Of a DNA stretch of 64,000 nt, positions 13,834 to 26,263 are shown one piece after another (positions within the stretch are counted from its first letter, which is position 1; each line of letters opens with the position of its first letter). The notes beneath the pieces were generated by a model that was not told the DNA's origin, did no database searches, and worked only from the letters and a program-made list of their open reading frames with translations. The stretch comes from Vitrella brassicaformis CCMP3155 (taxonomy: Eukaryota; Protista; Chromerida): the NCBI GenBank assembly GCA_001179505.1, contig CDMY01000370.1, forward strand, positions 33,513 to 97,512. Reading direction: 5' to 3'. Both the position numbers and the translations under genes were made by a program.

Positions 13834-14804
13834 ATGAGGCCATCTGTGTTGGTGGATGCAGGTCTCGCTCGTCGGTCTGTTCGTTTGTTTGCTTCCCAAG
13901 GCTCTCACTCACTCACTCACTCATTCGGTCACACACACTCTCAGGTAGCTAACACACGCACTCTCAGACAGCGAGAAAGGTTGGTTATCGCTTCGCTGTT
14001 GCCGTCCTTGGTTGTTTGCAGTGATGACCGTTCTTTCTTCTCGACGGGTGGCAGTGGGGAGACGCGCACGGTACTCTACATCGGCACGCAGGCCTCGCCC
14101 GAGGGTGCCCTGGCCCAGCTGGAGATGTTCCGTGAGGCCGCACGAGTTGCCAGAGTGACGCACGCCATCGGCTTCATCGTCGAGGCGGCAATTGTGCACG
14201 ACCCGCAATACGAGCCACTCATGAAGGCCATCTTCTCGACACCGGCCGGCGATCGGCGCTCAACCGTCATCTTCGTGGAGGGGGCCGATTTCACCCTGGG
14301 GGACAACCCGGTGGCCATCATCTTCCCCGCAGACTCCACCAACGCCGACATCCAGGCCACGCACACGGCCGTGCTCAGCTTCGGCAACACCGGGCTCCTG
14401 CAGGCGCTCATCTTCCACAACACGGTCAAGACCAAGATACAGCTGCAGGCGCTGGGCATCCACGGCCTGGACATCGGCGTGGCCGTGACGGACGTGGCCG
14501 CCATGCCGTACATGCAATCCAACCTGTCGCCCTGGGTGCGGCAGGCCGCCTCCAGCATCCCCGAGCAGGCCGACTTCCACTTCTTCTTCACGACCCGCTC
14601 GTGTGTGCCGGGCACCGGGGATCTTCCGGATGTCATGCAGGTGCAGGACATCAGTGTGGCGTGCCCTCACCAGGTGATGACGGCCATCCGCGCATTCGAG
14701 CGCACCTACAGCTACGGGTTCATGATCAACGGCATGAACGAGTAAGCAAGCCAACAGACCGGGAGACAGACGGGGGAGGCAGGCAAAGTCACCATGGTGA
14801 CACA

Positions 14805-14842
<38 letters not shown>

Positions 14843-16161
14843 TGTGTGTGTCTAGGCCGAACGACTGTGCAGCCGTCCTGTGCTTCTCGACCCCCACCAA
14901 GCAGCAGCCGTCGTTCATGGCCATCCCGATCGACGCACTGGCCAAGGGCCTCTTCACCAAGGACGCGCTGATACGCATGCTCCTGTGTATCACCATGAAG
15001 CAGTGGAGTCTGGAGGACGAGGACGGCACCGACACGCCCCTGATGGTCAAGAGATTCTACGGCAAGTTCCGCGCCAACGTCGAGCACCTCATGACGCAGA
15101 TCGCAGCACTCAACTCGGCCCAAGAGGCCACGCTAGCGCTCAAACATGGACTGCAGCGCACTCTGGACGGTCAGCGGCTGCACATCGTGGCTGCATCCAT
15201 CCATGTGTGCACGCCTGTCTGCCTGGTGTGTGCGTGGTGTGCTCTGCAGCGTTGGACCACATCACGGCCTACTCCAAGACCAAGACGGAGAGGGCCTGCA
15301 TCTTCGCCAACCGCTACTACACGGATCTGGCTGCGGAGGCTGAGAGGAAGGGTCTCCGCGTCAAGAGTCTTGACTTCATCCCTGACGTCTTCCAGCCGGA
15401 GGCCAAGATGAAGGAGATCGGCTACGAAGCGGCTCTCCGGGCGCTCATGGACAAGTTCGACGTCACCGACTTCTCTAAGGTCGTATCGCAGGTGAGAAAC
15501 GGGCAAAGGGCACACACACTCGTCCCTATGGAAGATGGTTGGTGTGTGTGTTGAGCTTCCCAGAGGCCCTCCCGCCCAGTTGAGCAAGATTACAGCAACT
15601 TCTTCAGCTTCACAATGCGTGACGCTACGGTAGAGTTCGACGAGTTCAAAATGGAAGGTACGATACACCCGCACGCACACACAACGAGTGCCCACACCCA
15701 CGCATGCAGGATGAGTCCACTGTGCGTGCGATCGATAGGTCAGAGGGTCAGCGGCCGCGTGGTGATCGGCGTTGACGGCGTCATGGTCTTCGGCAAGGAG
15801 CCCCCCCCCGACTTGTCGCTCTTGGCCGACGAGAAGGAGCGCGATGACGCCATGGCCCGTTTCCGCGCCCGCCAAGCCTCTGAGCTCCAGAAGATCATGG
15901 AGATCCAGGAGCCCGAGAAGAAATGGCCAAACGTCAAGGACGAAGAGGGTGCGTGCCGGCACCACACAAGATGGCATACCGAGTCGGTCCAATGTGTACG
16001 TGTGTGGTGTGTGTGTGTGTATGTGTGAATCAGCCTTTGCTGCCTTTGCTGCGCTGTTGAGCAGCGGCCCCTACACGGATCTGCAGACGACCCTCCCCAG
16101 TGCCGGTCCCCCGGCCGAACACGATGACACTGCCGATGAGGATGACGTTCAGGGGATCTGA
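13834..16161 (+). CDS. Hypothetical protein, probable mitochondrial presequence; multi-exon
   Basis: Arg/Ser-rich, nearly acid-free start MRPSVLVDAGLARRSVRLFASQ. Strongly GC3-biased exons 14022-14742, 14858-15150, 15250-15490, 15563-15658, 15739-15948 and 16031-16161 link through GT-AG junctions. Confidence 0.75.
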
Positions 16162-17338
16162 CTGACTGACTCACTCACTCACTCACCGACCGACTGGTGT
16201 ATATATGTGTTGTCTAGGTCTGTCCGCCCTTCTTTGCCTTTTGTTTCCTGTGTGACGCGTATGTGCGATGCCTGCCTGCCTGCCTGCCTGCGATGAGTGC
16301 ATGCATATGTAGCTGTGGTGTATAGGTCTGTCTGTCTGTCTGTCTACCTATCTGGCTGTGGTATCCGCCTCGATTCGTGACCGCCACACCACACGCCCAA
16401 TCTGCGTGCTTGGTCTTGTCTGCTGTGCGTTCGGTCTTCCCTTCTCGCATACCAGACAGAGACAGCCGCATCTCAACACCTTCTTTTGCCTCAGTCGCAC
16501 ATGCAGTGGCCCGTGAGCAACAACCAGCTTGCCTGCATGGGATGGAATGACACGGGTGAGGGATTTTACCGCATTCATCCTGTTGGCCAACCCGGTCTGC
16601 CGGCTGACATGCAGTGATAGACTGACTGGTGATATGCGGGCGTGGCGCTCTCTCCTCTCTGGTGCACATGCACTCCTCTCTCTCTCTGCATTGATGCCAC
16701 CTTACCGCTGCGCATGTGTGATGGTTGTGGTTGATTTGTGGCAGCCAGCGAGCCAGACAGCGAATCTTGCTTCATGCATGTGGGCAGCTGGCATGTCATG
16801 GCTCGTCTGCGTGTCTGTCTGTCTGTCCGTCTGGCCGCGTGGACGTACGTGTGTATGCATGCAATTGGAATGGCCGCCCACCCATCTCGGTTTCATGCTC
16901 GCACATACGTATCAGCGCCGTGTATGATTGCAGAGAGGCCATCTTTTTTGAAGAACGGCGGTGTGTCTGACTGGTTGAATTCGAAAGGAGGCTGCCTGTA
17001 CGATGGAGGTGTCGCATTGGGGGCGCAAAACGACAGAGCAGTCTACACGGGTGTCTACCTGCCTTAATCATGGTGTACTCGTGCAGCGCTCGATGGCCGA
17101 CGCACTACACCTCGTGTATAGCCACACACTTAATTAATTCACACTGCGTGTATGGATCTGTGAACGACTCGCGTGTACGTCTTGAACTGAATCCATCCAT
17201 CACATCACATCAGTGTATCCGAATGGTCCGTCCATCATGCAAGAAGGAAACGAGATATCAATACGCAAACAGACCACCACCAGCGTCTCAGTCCACTGCA
17301 CATCGCGCGCCTGTGGATGGTCACCAGCTACCCTGAAG

Positions 17339-19455
17339 CTACCACACAGACAGCTGCAGTAGAGATGGCAACATGGACACAGTGGAGCTTGCTGCGTACG
17401 TACCTTCGGGCATGGATGGAATGGTGACACGGATGAAGGCTGGATGGTCCGGACGGAGAGAGGCGGGCAGCAGCGCGGTCTCCAGCAACTGCACCAGCCA
17501 CTCGCGGACGCGGGTCGCCCCGCGTTTCAGCCGATATTGCGGGTCTGGATTGATCAGCTCGAAGAGGATCGTCTTGGCCGCCTCGCGCATGGACTGGTCC
17601 CTGATGAGGGTCTCGATGTCAGGCTCGGGAGGGTCGGTCTTCTTGGGCATGACCGCGATGCTGAAGTACTGGCGAAGCATCTCGACGTAGGCGGCAACCT
17701 TCTCGGGTCCGCCGTCAGTGCACAGCCGGACAGCCTCGAAGGACTGCTTCTCGGCCTCGAGTGCAGAGACGATCGTCTCAGGAATCGTCAGCTCCTCCGG
17801 CAGCCGCGCGATGCGACGAACGACTAGACCCCTGCCCACCAACGCCGCCGCCCCCTGCCCGCCAAACCAGCACCGTTCGCCCTCGTCGGGCACCACCTTG
17901 ATCGTCTGGCCGATGGTGCCCTCTCTCTCGCTCTTGCGATACACGTGTATCAGGTACAGGTGTAGCAGATCGACGTCGATGTTCCACTTGACTAATGCCG
18001 AGCCATCGCGCCAGAGAGGCTTGCCCGTCAGAAAACTCAAGCTATACAGGGCTGACGACCAGTGATCAGACGCTTGATCAGGTCCGTCCATCCCAAGATC
18101 GTGCCGCACCAACTCCCGCAGACAGCTGTGGTGCTGAGGATCGTGCACAGAAGCGATGGGTTCCAGCTGCCGCAGGTACTCTCGTGCACGCTGATCCTCC
18201 ACGAAAGACTCCCACTGGCCGTTCACACGCTTCACCTTCTCCATCAGCTTGGCGATGAATTGATGGTCCGGCGCCATTGAGTAGGCCCTGCCCTGAGGAT
18301 CGAAGTTGGTCCTCTGCTGCATGCCGGTGCAGTCGATGCGTGTGAGGGATAAGACGAAGAGCTTGGTCTTATCATCTTCATCGTCCTCGCTGACTGCGTT
18401 GACCCAGCCTGTCGGCTCTGAGTCGGCGGCAGATGCGGAGGGGCCAGTGGGAGAGGGATCCGCGGGCTCTGGAGAGAATGGCGATGTCAGCTCCCTCCGA
18501 ACCACCTGTCGGAGCTGGTTGCCGAGCCAGCCGCACAAACGGGCCACAAACGACTCACCGGGCTGAGCGACAAAGCCACGCATGTGTGGGACGCCCGCTG
18601 GCTGCGTGTCTTTCTTCCCTCTCTCTCTTACCGCATCTTCTCGGCCCGAATGAAGACAAGAATACTGGAAGGTGAAGGGAAAGCTGCAGGCCTGAATGGA
18701 AATGAGGATACTGGAAACGAACAGCAACATACGCGATTGAGTGAGGTGATATCGTGTGCTTTCTGTCCTGTTTGTTGTGTTGCTCACTTTGGGCCGTTGT
18801 CATCGGACGAATAATACAGCCCCAGGCGCTGTTTGAGCTTATCGTAGAGGTCCTCGATCCTCTGCCCGGGCCCAGTATGCTGATGCAGAAAGTCCCACAG
18901 GTCCTTCTCGGGCGGCACCCTCGCCGCATGCATGACCGCTGCCTTGTCCATGGCGTCGAGGACGCCGTAGATCTCAGCGAAGTCCCGCGCCTCCTTCGGC
19001 ACGCCAAGCGCATCCATGCACTCCTCCACCTCGTGACGGCTGCTGGCATCCAGATGTCTGCCCGTCTCCTCTCTCAGCTGCTGCAGCTTGACGACTTGCT
19101 GCTGTGACAAAGTGCCGGGCAAGGCGGCATTGTGCGCATACTCGACGGCGGATGACGGGCCGTCAGGTAAGAACTTGACGCGCGATGATGCCAGTTGTCG
19201 GAAGAGTGGGTTGGGAGAAAAGCCGCCATCGGCCGTCGGTATGTCAATGCTGGCCGCTTGATGCATCCGGAAGGGTGCGTAGGGAGCGCCTCCATGACGG
19301 GCCGGCAGCTGAAAGACCTTGAAGTGGCGATCAGACGTCATCCTTCGGTCCTCTGCGCAGTCCCGACAGGCACCAAGGGCCAGCGCAAAGGCTCTGAAGG
19401 CACAGCAGCAGGGACGACCCACCAAAAGGAGTGCACACACCACGCGCCTTTGCAT
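17339..19455 (-). CDS. Highly diverged protein-kinase-like (pseudokinase) protein with N-terminal signal-like segment
   Basis: Ordered kinase C-lobe-like motifs: QGRAYSMAPD (VIII), SDHWSSALYSLSFLTGKPLW (IX), ELINPDPQYR (XI). Exon 1 is ORF 18784..19455, starting MQRRVVCALLLVG. The exon 1/2 junction is uncertain. Confidence 0.5.
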
Positions 19456-20530
19456 CGCGACTGACCTTCAATGAGCGATGCAGGATGCAGCGATGCCCGA
19501 ATGCGATTCGTTCTTCCAAGGAGCGAGTGCAACTGAAGCAGGAACATGGTGTTCGTTTGTGACCCTCTTCGTCCTTCAGTACTGCTCTTTCCTGACCTGT
19601 GTATGCTAGATCTCGCAGACCATCTCGCCTGTGCCGCTACACCCGTACCCCCGCTTCGCCTGACGGAGAGAAAATTGAAGCAATCGAGAGAGACTGCGAT
19701 CTTGCCTGGAGCCCCCTGGGGGCTCCGAGTCTCACCGCAAAATGATGTCAAATTCCGCCGCCGCAGCAGCTGGCGCCTCCCGCAAGTCGTTGGCCGCTCG
19801 TGCCTGCGCCTGGTTGAGTAGACGGTTTGCCCTCGCCCTCCAGGCGCAGGCCGAGCTCAAATGCGAGGAGGCCACGATGGATGTTGATGAGGAGACAGAC
19901 TTCGTCTTCGTTGAGAACAGCAGGTGAGCCGAGAAAGGCCACAAATGAGGCGACAATACCTCGAGCTCTTGTTCGTATTCGTGTGGGTCTTCTTGTCTTC
20001 AGCAATCCTCGGTCCACCGGAACCCCGCCCGACTCGGCCCCTGTCTCCTCGCCGCCCTCCCCGCCCTCCCCATCCCCGCACTCTCCCTCCCCGCCCTCTC
20101 CCTGCCCCATCTCGCCGAGCCATCCATGCCCTCCCCCTGCCCTCACTCCGGCCGCCATCGGGCCGGCACTTGGGCGCCCCATCAGCACCAACATTGCCTG
20201 GGTGACTTTTCATGAGGCGGTGGTGCTGACTGACGCGGGGGAGCACAGGGAGGAGCTGGCTCTGAAAACGCCCCGACCCAACCCGGAGGCCGAGTACAGT
20301 GTGGCCCATGAAGGGTTTATGCTGCATAGCCAGATGATGGCCTGGCAGCACCACAAGGGGCTACAGGCAAGGCTGAAGGAGACGCTTGAGACGGAGGCGA
20401 GGTTGGAGAGGATGTGCCAGCGTGCGGCCCTTGGAGGGCACGACACTGAGGATGAGTGGTTTTTACTGATGTAAATTGTGAGCCGGTAAGAAAGAAATAT
20501 GACAACCCAATTGTGACATCAGTGACGGCT
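18770..20530. repeat. Segmental duplication, copy A (modules X 18770-19413 and Y 19862-20530)
   Basis: Direct nucleotide similarity to 25280-25922 (X') and 28680-29335 (Y'), same orientation. Confidence 0.9.
19742..20474 (+). CDS. Small hypothetical protein with Pro/Ser-rich tract (module Y, copy A); 2 exons
   Basis: Exon 19742-19923 (MMSNSAAAA...ETDFVFVENS), intron 19924-20002 (GTGAG...TTCAG), exon 20003-20474 in frame to TAA. Confidence 0.55.
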
Positions 20531-20547
20531 GATGCTCTGAGACTGTC

Positions 20548-22810
20548 GTGGGCATTAGGGGATATGACGCGTGGCGATACATGTTCTACACGGTTGTGGC
20601 CAGGACAGCGCCTCTTGTGGGCCAGGGCAGCCTCGGTCTTCATGCGGCCATGGAGCTCCTCCGCACAAACGCCTTATTCCGCGTCATGAATGAGGATTTC
20701 TTTCATGCCGTCATGACGCGCCTCACCAGCGAGCTACGTAAGGCACTCAAGGCGGCTATCCGGTGGCCTTTCTGTTGCTGGCATGTGCGGACCTGGTGTT
20801 CAATCTGTCCAAGATGCTGGGCAAGGGAGCCAGTCTGAGGAAGAGGATGGTCAAGGGTTTGAGGGAGATGGCCGAGCTGGTTGGCGAGTCGGTGCCATTG
20901 CTGTCTCATCTGGGGCTACGGGCGGCTGCGTATCGCACCTGAGAAGCTCTTCCAGGCCACGGTGAGACTGACGTTCGATGAATAAATACTTGTGTGTGTT
21001 CTGTTTTCACTGTCTTTGTGTGTGTGTGTGTGTGTGTGTCCAGCAAGAGGAGGGAGGCGAGGTGCTGGAGTGGCTCGAGCAGACCGGCACATCGCTGGCC
21101 GGTGGGTACGGTGAGGCAGACGTGGGCTTGCAGGAGCTCATGATGGTCCTCACGGGGCTGCTGAAGGTCAGGTGGCGCAATGACTCCATACGAAGGTGAG
21201 TAGAGAACGAGATCTTGATATCGAAATGGTGCCTCGATTCATCCATGGTTACTGTGATGTGTTTGCAGTGACAAACGACATGGTTGAGCGATGCCTGTAC
21301 CGCGGAGACCACATCGACCCCCGGGCCCTCCCTCACCAAGTTCCGCTATCCCGTGCAGCCACTTTTATCCACCATCGACCAGGCCCTCGCATACAGCACA
21401 TCGTCATCGCATCACAGCCCCTACGGCACGGCTCTCCCTCCCCTCTCGCTGTGTGACTATTCGGATCAGGCACTCGCCAACTTGGAATACGCGGTGGCCA
21501 AGGGCACGGACACACTGGTCGGCTTCAGTCGCCGGTGGATCGGCAGCAGGCGGTTGAGCGATATGCTGAGTGGGTGGATGGGGAGGCACTATGGGCCAGT
21601 GGGGTGGGGAGGACTCACCGGGGCGTGGCACGTGATGAGATGGGAGACGATCAAGTCTGCTCGGATGACGACGACGAGACAGAGGACGAAGAGGTGTGGC
21701 TCATGCAAGGAGAGGAGATCGGTGTCGTCCGGGAAGACCCCCAAGGAGGCCGCCGCGAGACGACACCGAGGTGTTTCTCGATGGATCCATCCCGTCAGCC
21801 CCGCCCCATCCCCACACCACTCATCTCTATGCGCTACCTGAGCAAGATATGGAGCCAATCCAGGGCAACATCCTCAGCGTGATCCTGTACAGCATGTCAG
21901 AGGCCCACATCGACCCTCACTTCTGCCAACGAGCCCTCGCAGCCCTCAGCCACCCACGGATCCTCCACACACTCACGCCGGTCGACATTGCATGTCTACT
22001 CCGGGCGCTGGCGGCCATGCGGTTCCACAGCCTCTCTTTCCTCGACGGTGGAAACCGCAACAAGTGTCGGGTGAAACCCGCAACATGTTGCACCGGGCCA
22101 GATGCGGTTTCGCCACGAGGGGCTGCTGTCGGCGTTGGTGCTCGTGTTGGCTGAGAAGCTGCGGGAGTGTGGGCACCAAAGGCTGACGGTGATAGCGAGA
22201 GGGCTGCAATCCCTCAGGTACGGGCCAGCGGCCTTTGTCAACGCTCACGGCAACATTTTCACGCCCTGGTAAGCAGCGACGGACTGCGCATATTTGACGA
22301 CGACCATGAATGGTACGTCGTCTCGTTGGCTGTGATCCACAGTTCCATGGCGAAGCTGGACTTGCCAGCTGTGGAGTGCCTCCTCGACTACCTTTCCACC
22401 ATATCCCACCCAGTTCGACACAAAGCTTCTTTCACCAGCGGGGGTCTTCAGTGGATCCGATCCACCTACAACGACTGGTGCTGCAGGAGGCTGCAGATCA
22501 ACTGTACATGAGCCGACACCAGTACAGGTGCAGGGGTCTCTGACTGGACGAACACGCCTCCGTCGTCGGCCCCAGCTGCGAGAATACGCGCATGACACAA
22601 CCAGAGCAGCAGGGAAGGCCCCAAGAGCTCGCCAATGAAGAGGCGCTTAGCGAAGATATCCGCAGCGAAGAGATTCACGGCAGCGAGTACCTTGTGGACC
22701 TTGGCCTTCATGTCAAATTGATGGCTTCCGGGGCGCCTGTCGTCATGTGGCGTCACAGCCGACCTTCACTCTGCTGGACATCACTGAAGAGGGGGGACCG
22801 CCACTGAGGG
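20548..22810 (+). pseudogene. Frameshifted helical-repeat (FASTK/OPR-like) and possibly RAP-domain protein relic
   Basis: Protein-like blocks hop between frames with no intervening splice sites: LTPVDIACLLRALAAMRFHSLSFL, FRHEGLLSALVLVLAEKLRECGHQRLTVIARGLQSLRY, and C-terminal SEEIHGSEYLVDLGLHV. There are several frameshifts and stops. Confidence 0.45.
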
Positions 22811-23065
22811 CAGAGGAGATGGCCGTCCAGGCGATGACGACGGAGTTCGAGAAAGCTGCCGGTGAGCCAAATGAAGAAGTCGAAGGGCACACAGCACATC
22901 CGTCTCTATTGCATTGATTCAGGATACCCGGCGGCATTTGAGAATCGCGTCTCGTCTATGAGGACACTGTCATAGTGGATAATAGAGAGACAAGCCAAGT
23001 GCGCGAGGTGCTGGTTGGCACTCATTTTTCACCTGAGTCATTCATAAGGTCATTGCGGCACACAA

Positions 23066-24071
23066 GTGCTCTTTGCCCTTATTCTCGCGCTGCCGCTGGT
23101 CTTGGCGGTGCCCCTGGTGTGGAAGACTTGCGAGTCCAACATGGCCATCGCGTTTGATTATGCAAGAATTGTCATCGGCTGCTTGGCATTCATTCTGTTG
23201 TTCGTGGCGCTGGTTGAGGGGTGCCGCCCATGTGGAATGCTCCGGCGCATCCGCCAGTTTTGGGTTCCTTTTGTGATAGGCGTAGTGGCCTATACTACCT
23301 CGCAGACCCTGGCGAGATACCCTCAGCTGAAACCTTTGATGGCGACCGTGAATGGCCTTTGTCGCAAGATGCGGGACGGCCCTCCTCTTTCAACTTCGCG
23401 ATTATCTTCCCCATCATTGTTGGCTCGCTGATAGTACCGCGCTTCCTCCAAGTGAGGATAATGACTTCTCAACACATGGATGTTGAGACATTCCCTCTGT
23501 GCAGGCTGAAATGACTGCCCTCTGCTACAAAATCAAGTCGTCTCTGCTGTTCGCCCTCTACGATCTCCTTGGCGATCTGGCGGTGCCCTATGCTGACATG
23601 CTCCATGTCAATGCCATCCGGATCTGCACACGTATCCGCGACGGCCGCTGGCCCAAAGCGGGAGACACGGTTGGCATCCATGGCCTTTCCGAGACTTCAG
23701 GCAGCAGCGAGACAACCCGCACACGGGCAACGAGAAGGAAGGGAGCAGCGTTATTCATCAAACGAGCCGGCAGTGAGATCTATCAGAGTGTGATGCGGGC
23801 AGGCCGCATGCGGTCGACAACAAGCGGGCTATCATCCATGGCGTCCGTGGTCGATCCGCAGAGCAACTTTATGGCGTATGACGTCCGTCCGAGGTACCTT
23901 CGGGCGTTGGCGGACCAAACTCATGCCTACAACCAAGCCGTCATGAATCTGTCGTTGATGCAGTGGCCTGAAAAACGGGTCCCTCAACGTGTGCTTCGTC
24001 AATTCCATCGTCCAGCTGATGGTCCACTCGCTGCGCCTCATCGGTACCTCACCCGGACACAGAGCGCATGA
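23066..24071 (+). pseudogene. Fragmented multi-pass membrane protein
   Basis: Hydrophobic segments LFALILALPLVLAVPLVW, IVIGCLAFILLFVALV, FWVPFVIGVVAY and FAIIFPIIVGSLIVP are spread over overlapping ORFs in different frames. No upstream ATG is evident. Confidence 0.35.
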
Positions 24072-24978
24072 ATATGCACACATGGCGACCTTTGTGTCTG
24101 TTCCGTGTTGCTGTGCGTAAGTGATGTGTTTCAGAGCCTGTCCGAGTATCTCACGTCGGTTTTCCCAGATGTAGAGCCGCTTCTTGCCAACTACGCATGC
24201 CCGACGTGACGACTGTGTGTGGGGGTCGCACCCTCACGCGAGCGCCCTTCCATGCTTCGCGCGAGTAAGATGTATTGGCATTGAAGATGGAGCAAGATGC
24301 TTGAATGAAGGTCTGAACATCACATCAACGCAGTGGCACGTAGAATTCCAAGGGAACTAAGACCATTCAGGAGAGAAAACACCTGAGGATCAGAAGCTCA
24401 AACGCTATGGCAACAGGCAGCGACAGAGCCACAGTAGTCTTCGCATCAACAGAGACACACGACAGACACGCATTCCAGACAGCACTGCTTCTGTCAAAGG
24501 CCAGCAGCAGAAGGAAAACAGTGCGTTACACACGCATGAAGACGACAGCAAAAAGGCACTCCTTGAGGAGCCTTTTGTGTGGCTCTCCGCTGGCAGCCAT
24601 GTCATGGGCTATCGTGTGCGCGACGTCCTTCAAAATCCTGAACACATCCACATGGGAGGATACATATGGACTGGCACTTTCTGCCGTTGCTTTGGCCCCG
24701 TCCGCACGTTCAACAGAGATGACAACACACGCGGTCAGAGAGAGAGAGAGAGAGAGAGAGACAGGCGCGCGTGTGTGTGTACGTGTGTGTGTGGGTGAGT
24801 CTCAATGACATACGAGGAGCTCTCGCTGTCCGACGCCCTGTGACAGACCCTCTGGGAAGCTGCAGAAGCCGCATAAAAGAGACATGCGCTGATCAAGTAT
24901 GCCTCCACCTTCAGCAATATAAAATGTAAGCAGCGATGAAAGTTGAAAGCACAAATGACAAATAAGTGTGTGGACCCC

Positions 24979-25925
24979 TCAGTGAATCGATGTGCGTGTG
25001 TGTCTGTTTTCTGTGAGTCTGGGTCTTCTATGGATACCAGCCGTTGCTGCATGTCTAGCAACTGCCGTTGGGGCCTTTGAAATGGCCGCCCTGGACTCGG
25101 CCTTGTTCTCGAACAGCCCTTCCCGGCACGAGGCGAAATCATCCTCCGCACCCTCCCGTCGCTGCTGCCGTCCCTGCCCAGAGAGACCATCCGCAAGCAC
25201 CAGAAGCACCCGGAGGACCTCACGCACCAACTCGTCGAGCAGAACCCCACCCAACTCATCAAGAAGTCTGCCCGTTTGTTGTGTTGTGTTGTGTTGCTTA
25301 CTTTGGGCCATTGTCATCGGACGAATAATACAGCCCCAGGCGCTGTTTGAGCCTATCGTAGAGGTCCTCGATCCTCTGCCGGGCCCCGTATGCTGATGCA
25401 GAAAGTCCCACAGGTCCTTCTCGGGCGGCACCCTCGCCGCATGCATGACCGCTGCCTTGTCCATGGCGTCGAGGACGCCGTAGATCTCAGCGAAGTCCCG
25501 CGCCTCCTTCGGCACGCCAAGCGCATCCATGCACTCCTCCACCTCGTGACGGCTGCTGGCATCCAGTGCCGTCTCCTCTCTCAGCTGCTGCAGCTTGACG
25601 ACTTGCTGCTGTGACAAAGTGCCGGGCAAGGCGGCATTGTGCGCATACTCGACGGCGGATGACGGGCCGTCAGGTAAGAACTTGACGCCCGATGATGCCA
25701 GTTGTCGGAAGAGTGGGTTGGGAGAAAAGCCGCCATCGGCCGTCGGTATGTCAATGCTGGCCGCTTGATGCATCCGGAAGGGTGCGTAGGGAGCGCCTCC
25801 ATGACGGGCCGGCAGCTGAAAGACCTTGAGCTGACGATCAGACACTCATGCTGCGGTCCTCTGCGCAGTCCCGAGAAGCACATAGGGCCAGCTCAAAGGC
25901 TCTGCAGGCCACAGCAGCAGGGGTG
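24979..25925 (-). pseudogene. Second, frameshifted copy of the 5' exon of the pseudokinase gene, spliced to an unrelated 3' exon
   Basis: Near-identical to 18770-19413 (KVFQLPARHGGAPYAPFRMHQAASIDIPTADGGFSPNPLFRQL...). A 1-nt deletion near 25380 turns TGPGQRIEDL into TGPGRGSRTS. Confidence 0.7.
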
Positions 25926-26263
25926 CAACTGACAAATTAAGTCCCGCTGCTGCAGGGGTCGGGCAAGGTGGCATTCCACCTACTCGGGATGCGCGGATCC
26001 GTAAACTCGTCGATAAATCTTTCGCGTCTCCGTCTCAAATGTTTTCTCGGAGAAAAAGAAACCCACGGGCGTTCTTGCCCGTAAGTCGGTTAATTCGCTT
26101 TCTTTGCAATCGGACTTATTTTAATCTGAAACGGACTTTTGCGTGCCAACTGACGATCGAACTCATCGATGACTGAACGTATAAACGCACAATGCACTCA
26201 CGCAAGGAACATGAATGCGATGAGTCATCTACATGTATGCACACGCACATGGAAATGAGTCAG

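Noticed and set aside
19706-19724. Perfect 9-bp inverted repeat GGAGCCCCC-T-GGGGGCTCC between modules X and Y
   Set aside because: Too short and isolated to call a terminator or element end; no TSD or partner terminus was found.
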